The position numbers and the translations under genes were made by a program. 60,885 nucleotides of DNA from Acidimicrobiales bacterium (lineage in GTDB: Bacteria > Actinomycetota > Acidimicrobiia > Acidimicrobiales > Palsa-688): contig JAFAWZ010000273.1 of NCBI GenBank assembly GCA_019241495.1, positions 1 to 60,885 of the forward strand, in the 5' to 3' direction. Below are positions 8,131 to 15,109 of this stretch, piece after piece. The first letter of the stretch is position 1, and each line of letters starts with the position of its first letter. The notes below the pieces were generated by a model. It was not told where the DNA came from, did no database searches, and worked only from the letters and a program-made list of their open reading frames with translations.

Positions 8131-8883
8131 TCAGCCTCGACCCCCGGCGTCGGTCAACGAGGTCGGGTAGAGCCGGGGATCGCCGGGCTCGATGCCCGAC
8201 GCCCTCAGTTGGGCGTCGACCGCGTCGTCGCGGCGCTGGTCGGCCGCAGAGCGCTCATGCCAGCCGCGGGTGTGGGGTCTGGTGGCGCCGTCCGCAACCG
8301 CGTTGGAGACCAGCTGCTTGACCTCCTCCCATCCGGCCGCCACTCCCTCGCCGACGACTCGCCCGGCCGGGCCCGAGACGTACACGAAGTAAGGGGCGTA
8401 GGGGATGTCGTAGTACTCCCAGGCTTCTGAAGACATGACCACTGGGATCGACCCGGCCAGGGCGGCGATGGCCCCGGGGGATTCCGCCTCCCCACCTCGA
8501 GTCACCGTGACCAGGCGAGCGCCCCCGGGTACGTCGGGCGGGCCTGCTCTGAAGGCGTCCCAGAAACCCCGGCAGGTGCTGCAGCCCGAGGTCAAGAACG
8601 CGATCAGGGTGTCGTGACCGACACCGGTCACGGCCAGGCTGAGGGCATCCCCACCGGGGGTCGATCCGGTGAGGTCAACGACGTCGGTGGAACTCGGCCG
8701 GGCCGGGGTCGGCCGGACGCCGGGCGCGGCTACGGGCACCGAACCGGCTCCGCCGGACGGATCCAGCTCCACCCCGAGGCGGTGCAGAGCCCGCAGGACC
8801 TCGGCGTGACCACGTAGGAGACCAGCCACGAGCAGACCCAGCAGCCCAACCGCGACGGTCAGCCCCACCAGGAGCGCGACCAT
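8131..8883 (-). CDS. membrane-anchored thioredoxin-fold protein (TlpA/MauD-like thiol:disulfide oxidoreductase)
   Basis: N-terminal TM helix MVALLVGLTVAVGLLGLLVAGLL. The CxxC motif sits in a thioredoxin context (LIAFLTSGCSTCRGFW). Confidence 0.7.
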   Translation of the reverse strand: MVALLVGLTVAVGLLGLLVAGLLRGHAEVLRALHRLGVELDPSGGAGSVPVAAPGVRPTPARPSSTDVVDLTGSTPGGDALSLAVTGVGHDTLIAFLTSGCSTCRGFWDAFRAGPPDVPGGARLVTVTRGGEAESPGAIAALAGSIPVVMSSEAWEYYDIPYAPYFVYVSGPAGRVVGEGVAAGWEEVKQLVSNAVADGATRPHTRGWHERSAADQRRDDAVDAQLRASGIEPGDPRLYPTSLTDAGGRG

Positions 8884-8943
8884 CCCTCATTGATAGCAGG
8901 CCCGGCCGGTTCCGTCGTCGCGCACGGCTCCGATACCCAGGTC

Positions 8944-9261
8944 TCAGGCGCCATCAGGACCTCGATCAGCCCGTTCGCTACCTACGATCGAGCCATCCGA
9001 GAACAGGTACTCCTGCAAGTGACCCTCGAGCACAGCGTCGTGGCGGCGAAGCCATTCGAGCACCATGGAGGCGTGCTCTTGTTCCTCGTCGCGGTTGTGG
9101 ACCAGGATGGCGCGGAGCTCCGGGTCGGTGGTGGCGTCGATGCGCTGGTCGTACCAGTCGACGGCCTCCAACTCCTCGACAAGCGAAGCCACCGCCCGAT
9201 GACGGTCGATGGTCTCCGCTCGTAGTTTGGATTGGTCTTCGTGTAGCCCTTCGCTGCTCAC
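8944..9261 (-). CDS. encapsulated-ferritin (EncFtn) family ferritin-like protein
   Basis: Near-diagnostic stretch RHRAVASLVEELEAVDWYDQRIDATTDPELRAILVHNRDEEQEHASMVLEWLRR, recalled against Rhodospirillum rubrum EncFtn. The ExxH metal site EEQEH is present. Confidence 0.8.
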   Translation of the reverse strand: MSSEGLHEDQSKLRAETIDRHRAVASLVEELEAVDWYDQRIDATTDPELRAILVHNRDEEQEHASMVLEWLRRHDAVLEGHLQEYLFSDGSIVGSERADRGPDGA

Positions 9262-9303
9262 CGCCCGTTTATACCCACCCCGTGACGACCTCTTAGCCTA
9301 GAG

Positions 9304-10680
9304 GTGATGCCTTCAAGGGACCGGGACGACCTGTTCGAGGCGGCCCTGCGACAACGAATGGCGGAGCGGGCCCCGTTGGCGGCCCGCATGCGTCCCACCA
9401 AGCTCGGCGAGGTGGTGGGCCAGCGGCACCTGCTCGGCCCAGGCGGCCCTCTCCGGGCCCTGATCGAGACGGATCGGCTCTCGTCGATCGTGTTGTGGGG
9501 GCCGCCCGGTACGGGCAAGACCACCTTGGCCAGCGTCGTGGCCGCCCAGACCGACCGCGAGTTCGTGTCGTTGTCCGCGGTGAGCGCGGGGGTGAAGGAC
9601 GTGCGCGAGGTCCTCGAAGCCGCCCGGCGCCGGCTGGCCGAGGACGGTCGGGGGACCATCTTGTTCCTCGACGAGGTGCACCGGTTCAACAAGAGCCAGC
9701 AGGACGCCCTGCTACCCGGGGTGGAATCGGGCATCATCACCCTCATCGGAGCGACCACGGAGAACCCTTTCTTCGAGGTGAACGCCCCCCTTCTGAGCCG
9801 CTCGACGGTGTTCCGCCTGCACCCGTTGTCCGAGGAGGACCTGAGCGAGCTGGTGAACCGGGCGCTCGACCGCGAAGGGGCGACCATCAGCGATGCCGCC
9901 CTCACCCATCTTGTCGACATGGCGGGCGGCGACGCGAGAGCGGCTCTGACCACTCTGGAGATGGCTCTGGCCCTTGCTGAGCAAAAAGAGGTCGGGCTGG
10001 AGGACGTGGAACGGGCCCGTCAATCGCGCGTCCTGCCCTACGGCGAAGACGATCACTACGACGTCATCTCGGCGTTCATCAAGTCCATCCGGGGATCCGA
10101 TCCAGACGCCGGCCTGTACTGGCTGGCCCGGATGCTGCAGGCGGGGGAGGATGCCCGGTTCGTCGCCCGGCGCCTGGTGATCCTCGCTTCAGAGGATGTG
10201 GGCATGGCCGATCCTCTTGGCCTGGTCCTGGCCGACGCGGCGGCCCGGGCGGTCGAGTTCGTCGGATTGCCCGAGGCGGGCCTCAATCTGGCTCACGCGG
10301 TCGTGTACCTGGCCACCGCTCCGAAGTCCAACTCCGTGACGGCCGGACTCATCCGAGCGAACGAGGACGTCGCCCGCCGCCCGCCCGCCGCCGTGCCCGG
10401 CCCGCTCCGGTCGGTCCACCCCTACCAGCGCAACAAGCTCGAAGAAGGCGGGGACTATGTTTACCCGCACAACGATCCGAGCGGGTTCGTGCGCCAGGAG
10501 TACCGCCCGACCGAGATCGCCGGGGAGATGGGCACGGCGAGTCGACGCGTCTACTACCGGCCCTCGTCCCACGGCCTCGAAGCAGGAATCGAGGCTCGGC
10601 TCAGGGAGTGGTGGGGCGACGCCCCCTACGACGGGGAGAACTGGTGGGAATTCCAGAAGTTCGACGATCCGCGCCGGTGA
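9304..10680 (+). CDS. rarA: replication-associated recombination protein A (AAA+ ATPase RarA/MgsA)
   Basis: Walker A GPPGTGKTTLA, Walker B LFLDEVHRFNK, MgsA C-terminal helices (YDVISAFIKSIRGSDPDAGLYWLARM). Confidence 0.9.
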   Translation: MMPSRDRDDLFEAALRQRMAERAPLAARMRPTKLGEVVGQRHLLGPGGPLRALIETDRLSSIVLWGPPGTGKTTLASVVAAQTDREFVSLSAVSAGVKDVREVLEAARRRLAEDGRGTILFLDEVHRFNKSQQDALLPGVESGIITLIGATTENPFFEVNAPLLSRSTVFRLHPLSEEDLSELVNRALDREGATISDAALTHLVDMAGGDARAALTTLEMALALAEQKEVGLEDVERARQSRVLPYGEDDHYDVISAFIKSIRGSDPDAGLYWLARMLQAGEDARFVARRLVILASEDVGMADPLGLVLADAAARAVEFVGLPEAGLNLAHAVVYLATAPKSNSVTAGLIRANEDVARRPPAAVPGPLRSVHPYQRNKLEEGGDYVYPHNDPSGFVRQEYRPTEIAGEMGTASRRVYYRPSSHGLEAGIEARLREWWGDAPYDGENWWEFQKFDDPRR

Positions 10681-11318
10681 CCGAATTCCGCGACCGCCGC
10701 GAGGCGGGCCGGCGGCTGGCCGAGCTCGTCGCCCACCACATGGAGGAGAGCCCGGCACCAGAAGGTTTGGTCGCCGCCCTACCGCGAGGTGGTGTCCCGG
10801 TCGCGTTCGAGGTCGCCCGCTTCCTCGGGTGGCCGTTGGACGTGGTTCTCGTCCGCAAGCTGGGTGTGCCCGTCCAGCCCGAGCTGGCCTTCGGGGCCAT
10901 CGGGGAGGACGCCACGAAGGTCCTGAATCCCGACGTGGTCCGAGCCGCGGCCCTCACGGTCGGGCAAGTGGCCGAGGTCGAGCGCCGCCAGCTCGAACAA
11001 CTCGACCGGCAAGCCGCGGTGTACCGGAGCGGACGGCCCCCGTTGAGCGTGGCCGGGCGGACCGTGGTCGTGGTCGACGACGGTATGGCTACCGGAGCAT
11101 CGGCACGGGTTGCGTGCCAGGTTCTACAGGCCCGCGACGCCACCCGGCTGATCGTCGCGGTGCCGGTGGCAACCCGGTCGGTCGTCGAGGATCTTCGCTA
11201 CGACGTGGAGGTGGTGTGCCCCCTCACTCCCGACCACATGGTCGCGGTGGGCCAGTGGTACCGGGACTTCTCGCAGGTGCCGGAGGAAGAGGTCGTCCAG
11301 CTCCTGGGAGCGAGCTGA
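10677..11318 (+). CDS. phosphoribosyltransferase family protein
   Basis: FRDRREAG N-terminus and PRPP loop VVVVDDGMATGAS. The GTG at 10677 overlaps the rarA TGA. Confidence 0.75.
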   Translation: MTEFRDRREAGRRLAELVAHHMEESPAPEGLVAALPRGGVPVAFEVARFLGWPLDVVLVRKLGVPVQPELAFGAIGEDATKVLNPDVVRAAALTVGQVAEVERRQLEQLDRQAAVYRSGRPPLSVAGRTVVVVDDGMATGASARVACQVLQARDATRLIVAVPVATRSVVEDLRYDVEVVCPLTPDHMVAVGQWYRDFSQVPEEEVVQLLGAS

Positions 11319-11336
11319 GTGCCTGCGACCACCGAC

Positions 11337-11675
11337 TCAGTCGCCGTCGGATATGAGGACGCTTCGGTCCATGGCCCGGCGAGGATGGCGGCGGCGGTCG
11401 CCTCCCCTTCGGTTGGGGCCGGAGTACGGCTTGTCTTCGTAGTCGTCGTCCGCGGTACCGTCCACGTCCAGGCCGGTGCCCATGCTGTCGTCCAACGTGG
11501 CGTCCAAGTCGGCCCACGTGAACCTCGCCCCGCTGCCCGTCGTCGCGGTCTCGATCGGATGGTCCCCGTCTCCGGCCAAGGCACGCAGGATGTGCATTGC
11601 GGCCGACGAGCTCAATGAGCGTTCCATGACCGCGACGATGGACCGGGTATCCCAAGCGCGGCCCTCACTTTTCAC
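11337..11675 (-). CDS. hypothetical acidic protein
   Basis: 112-aa ORF only. No family recognised. Confidence 0.3.
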   Translation of the reverse strand: MKSEGRAWDTRSIVAVMERSLSSSAAMHILRALAGDGDHPIETATTGSGARFTWADLDATLDDSMGTGLDVDGTADDDYEDKPYSGPNRRGGDRRRHPRRAMDRSVLISDGD

Positions 11676-11840
11676 AACGACCCCACAAACGCTCGTCTTC
11701 CCTGGTCAGAGCCTGTTTCACGATGAATTGGGCGTTCCAGTGGGGTTCGGGTTCCGGGCCTTTCCGACACATATTTCCGAGTCGAGGGAAATCCACCGAG
11801 CAGACGCTCGCCCGGCGGACCCAACTCTCGCCATGGACCC

Positions 11841-12513
11841 CTAGCCCGATGCCAGGAGGCCGTCTAGGAACGTGGTGATGAGCCGGTCCCGCTCGAAGCG
11901 CGTCACGATTCGTACGGGAGGCCGGTGTGGCGATCGCTCGTTGGCGGCGGAGGCCCGTCGATCCACGAGCAACATCCCCCGGCTCTGCTCGGACCTGAGC
12001 TCGACGTCTATAGGGTGCCTCTCGCCACGACGCCAGCGACGGGTCGACTGCCACGACCGCGGCACAGGGGTCGTGCACGGGGCAACCCCGGCGCTGACGG
12101 TGGCCAGGGTCGGAGTGGCCAGAGTAGAAGTCCAGGTAGTGCTGGAGGACCTGCCAGGCGAAGCGGCCCGCCGCGGTGTCGCTTCGCTCTATGCGGGCCA
12201 GGTCCTCCTCTTCCAGCCAGGTGGCCATGGTGACGTCGAGGCCCACCTGGGTGACCCTCCACGGCGCACCGAACACCAGTCGTGCCGCTTCGGGGTCCAG
12301 AGCGACGTTCGCCTCCGCGTAAGGGGTGATGTTTCCCGGGTGCTCCACCGTTCCTCCCATCACCACGACATCGGACACCAGCGCCGCCACCTCGGGATCG
12401 AGCAGCAGGGCGAGGGCCAAGTTGGTGAGGGGACCCGTGGCCACGATGGTGCACTGGCCTGGATGGGCCCGAACGATACGGAGCAGCTGGACGGCGGCCG
12501 GATCCGTCACCAC
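11841..12513 (-). pseudogene. inosine/uridine-preferring nucleoside hydrolase remnant (N-terminally truncated and frameshifted)
   Basis: ATGPLTNLALAL, VVVMGG, GNITPYAEANVALDPEAA and HDPCAAVVAVDP lie in one frame. The C-terminal HPIDVELRSEQSRGMLLVDRR continues in another frame (ORF 11841..12065). The roughly 100-aa N-terminal Asp-rich region is missing. Confidence 0.7.
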
Positions 12514-12535
12514 CGAGCGCCCAGCTGGCGGGGAG

Positions 12536-12787
12536 GGCGCCCTCCTCGTGTTCGCCCTGCTGGTCATGCCAGCCGCGTCGGCGCAGCAGCTCACTGCACG
12601 CCCGGTTCTGAGCCTCACCTTCAGCGTCGCCCTTGCCCTCGTCATCGCGTGGGTCGGACTGGGGATCTCCTACTTCTCGACCTATCCCCCGGGGTTCTGG
12701 ATCACGACCGTCGGCTTCGTCGTCTACCTGGCCGCGGTAGCGGGTCGGGCTGCCACGGAGCGGCTCATCAGGGGGTCCCCATCCTGA
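12536..12787 (+). pseudogene. C-terminal fragment of an ABC-3 (ZnuB/MntB/TroC-like) metal permease
   Basis: GALLVFALLVMPAASAQQLT...VGLGISYF matches only the last third of this permease family. The upstream part of the ORF is antisense to the hydrolase remnant. Confidence 0.65.
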
Positions 12788-12801
12788 CCGGCATCTCGCA
12801 C

Positions 12802-13641
12802 ATGCTCTCCCACCCGTTCATGGTGCGGGCCTTCGAGGCAGGCAGCGTGATCGCGGTGGCCTGCGGGCTGATCGGGTACTTCGTGGTCCTCCGGGCTCAG
12901 GTATTCGCGGGCGACGCCCTGTCCCACGTGGCGTTCACCGCCGCCCTCGCCGCCTTGGCGGCCGGGCTCGACCTGCGGTTGGGGCTGTTCGCCGGGTGTG
13001 CCCTCTTCGGTGCGGCCATCGCCGTCATCGGACCAAGAGGACGGGCCGATGACGTCGTCATCGGGAACGCCTTCGCTTGGATACTCGGCCTCGGCGCTCT
13101 GTCCCTCACCCTCTACACCACGAGCTCGTCGAACGGAGTCGCCGGGGTGAACGTGCTCTTCGGGTCCATATTCGGGTTGAGTCGTTCGCAAGCCGGCCTG
13201 GCCACCGCCATCGGCGCCGGGGTCGTCGTCGCGGCCGTCGTCATAGCCCCGCCCCTATTGTTCGCCTCCGTGGACGGCTCGGTGGCCGCCGCGGCCGGAA
13301 TCCCCGTGAGGCTCCTCGGCGTCATCTTCCTTGCCCTGGTCGGAGTCACCGCGGGGGAGGCGACTCAGGCGGTCGGCTCGCTCCTCCTGCTCGGCCTGCT
13401 CGCCGGGCCGGCCGGGGCCGCTCACAAGCTCACCGACCGGCCCTGGCTGGGCCTTCTCCTGTCGGCCGGGCAGGCCGTGTTGTCGTTGTGGGCCGGGCTC
13501 ATCCTCTCCTACAACTCGCCCCGCCTACCGCCCTCGTTCAGCATCCTGGCCGTCAGCACAGGCCTGTACGTGCTCTCCCACATCCGCCCCATACGCGTGC
13601 CGAAGGCCCATAGGAACTCTGTAGCCTTCACCCGGAAATGA
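12802..13641 (+). CDS. metal ABC transporter permease (ABC-3 family, ZnuB/MntB/TroD-like), apparently intact
   Basis: MLSHPFMVRAFEAGSVIAVACGLIGYFVVLR ... SLLLLGLLAGPAGAAHKLT. Full family length. No cognate ATPase or solute-binding gene is adjacent. Confidence 0.85.
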   Translation: MLSHPFMVRAFEAGSVIAVACGLIGYFVVLRAQVFAGDALSHVAFTAALAALAAGLDLRLGLFAGCALFGAAIAVIGPRGRADDVVIGNAFAWILGLGALSLTLYTTSSSNGVAGVNVLFGSIFGLSRSQAGLATAIGAGVVVAAVVIAPPLLFASVDGSVAAAAGIPVRLLGVIFLALVGVTAGEATQAVGSLLLLGLLAGPAGAAHKLTDRPWLGLLLSAGQAVLSLWAGLILSYNSPRLPPSFSILAVSTGLYVLSHIRPIRVPKAHRNSVAFTRK

Positions 13642-14267
13642 ACGTCCACCACCTCCTGACCACCTATGGCTACGCGGCGGTGTTCGTGTTCGTGGGCATC
13701 GAGAGCCTCGGGATCCCCCTCCCCGGGGAGACCATGCTCATCACAGCCGGGGCCTACGCGGGGAGCACCCACAAGCTCTCGGTTTGGGGCATCGTGGCGG
13801 CTTCCATAGCGGGAGCCATCATCGGCGACAACATCGGCTTCTGGATCGGGGACAAGGGTGGCTACCGGCTCCTTCACCGCTACGGCCGCTACATCCGCTT
13901 CGACGAGCCGAAGATGAAGATCGGTCGGTACATATTCGACCGGCACGGTCCCAAAGTCGTCTTCTTCGGGCGGTTCGTATCGGTCTTGCGGACCTACGCC
14001 GCCTTCCTGGCTGGGACCAACCGGATGTCCTGGCGCAAGTTCCTGATATTCAACGCGGCCGGCGGCGTCATCTGGTCGGCGATCTACGGTTTCGTCGCCT
14101 ACGGGGCCGGCCACACCCTGCACCGGCTCTCCGGCACCATAAACCTGGTGCTCGGGATCGTGGCGGTCATCGCGATAGCCACCGCCTTCGTAGTCATGCG
14201 TCGGCACATCAAGAAGTTGGAGGCGACCGCCGAGGCCGCTTACCCAGGGCCCCTCCCCGCCGAGTAA
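13638..14267 (+). CDS. DedA family membrane protein
   Basis: YGYAAVFVFVGIESLGIPLPGE and FFGRFVSVLRTYAAFLAG motifs. ATGA overlap with the permease gene. Confidence 0.85.
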   Translation: MNVHHLLTTYGYAAVFVFVGIESLGIPLPGETMLITAGAYAGSTHKLSVWGIVAASIAGAIIGDNIGFWIGDKGGYRLLHRYGRYIRFDEPKMKIGRYIFDRHGPKVVFFGRFVSVLRTYAAFLAGTNRMSWRKFLIFNAAGGVIWSAIYGFVAYGAGHTLHRLSGTINLVLGIVAVIAIATAFVVMRRHIKKLEATAEAAYPGPLPAE

Positions 14268-14279
14268 GGCCCCGCCTTC

Positions 14280-14355
14280 GAACTACCTGGACGGCCCGCG
14301 CCAAGTTTTCCCTTGGTGCCGCTCCCGTTTCGGCCTGCGGCCGTCCAGGTAGTTC
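14280..14355. terminator. Long inverted repeat (17-bp perfect arms gaactacctggacggcc / ggccgtccaggtagttc) between convergent dedA and livF
   Basis: Arms at 14280-14296 and 14339-14355, read directly. The pairing extends further with one bulge. The ~42-nt loop contains a small inner hairpin (ccaag..cttgg). Confidence 0.45.
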
Positions 14356-14371
14356 TGTGGCGGTCCCTGGG

Positions 14372-15085
14372 TCAGCCGGTCAGGTATACGGTACGGATCT
14401 CTTCGCCCCGGCTCATGATCTCGGCTTGCGGAAGCTCCAGCATGATGCGCCCTTCTTGCATGATGTAGACGCGGTCAGCCACTTTGGACATGGCCGACAT
14501 GTGCTGCTCGACGAGGATCACCGACATCCCGGTCTCTCGTACATAATCACGCAGCCTCGACAGGAGCCGCAGGCTGACCCGCTGTGACAGTCCGAATGAC
14601 AGCTCGTCGATCAGCAGCAGTCGTGGTCGGCGGACTATGGCCCGGGCCAAGGCAAGCATCTGCTGCTCGCCGCCGCTCAGAAGCCCGGACCGGATGGAGA
14701 GACGGCTCGTGAGCTCCGGGAAGAGGCGGCACGCCTCGTCGAGGTCGGCGCGCGCCACATCGAGGTTCTCAGAAACGGTCAGGGAAGGAAACACGCTGCG
14801 GCCTTCGGGCACCAACCCGAGAATGCTCTGTGTTCGCTTGTAAGCGGACCCCGATATGAGCTGCCCATCGACGATCACCTGGCCGGCCACGCCGGAGAGG
14901 AGTCCGGCGACGGCTTTCAGGGTCGTGCTCTTACCCGCGCCGTTGCGGCCGAGAAGCCCGACGATCTCGCCGTGGCCAACATGAAGGTCGAGTCCGTGAA
15001 CCACCGTTTGCGGGCCGTACCCCGCCTGCAGGCCGACGATGCGGACCCGGATCTCATCCGAGTCGTCTACCGGCCCCGGGCTCAT
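14372..15085 (-). CDS. livF: branched-chain-amino-acid-type ABC transporter ATP-binding protein (LivF-like)
   Basis: Walker A GRNGAGKSTT, signature LSGGEQQML, Walker B LLLIDELS. Confidence 0.85.
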   Translation of the reverse strand: MSPGPVDDSDEIRVRIVGLQAGYGPQTVVHGLDLHVGHGEIVGLLGRNGAGKSTTLKAVAGLLSGVAGQVIVDGQLISGSAYKRTQSILGLVPEGRSVFPSLTVSENLDVARADLDEACRLFPELTSRLSIRSGLLSGGEQQMLALARAIVRRPRLLLIDELSFGLSQRVSLRLLSRLRDYVRETGMSVILVEQHMSAMSKVADRVYIMQEGRIMLELPQAEIMSRGEEIRTVYLTG

Positions 15086-15109
15086 CGACGGGCCCCGGGC
15101 TCATCGACG
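15072..15109. repeat. Perfect 19-bp tandem duplication (ggccccgggctcatcgacg x2) spanning the livHMG stop and the livF start
   Basis: Read directly. Copy 1 is 15072-15090 and copy 2 is 15091-15109. Each copy carries a potential ATG on the minus strand. Confidence 0.9.

Noticed and set aside
5795-8883. A canonical methylamine dehydrogenase (mau) cluster
   Set aside because: No heavy chain (mauB), mauG, amicyanin or mauC-like gene is present in the window. The light-chain-like domain has about twice the Cys count of MauA and is fused to repeats, so I do not call it MADH.
8131-9261. An encapsulin nanocompartment operon
   Set aside because: Only the EncFtn-like cargo gene is present. No ~260-aa HK97-fold/Linocin_M18-like ORF follows it or occurs elsewhere in the window.
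11872-13641. 589-aa ORF suggesting one large protein
   Set aside because: It is a chimera. The first ~220 codons are antisense to the nucleoside hydrolase remnant, and only the last 279 codons (from ATG 12802) are a bona fide ABC-3 permease.
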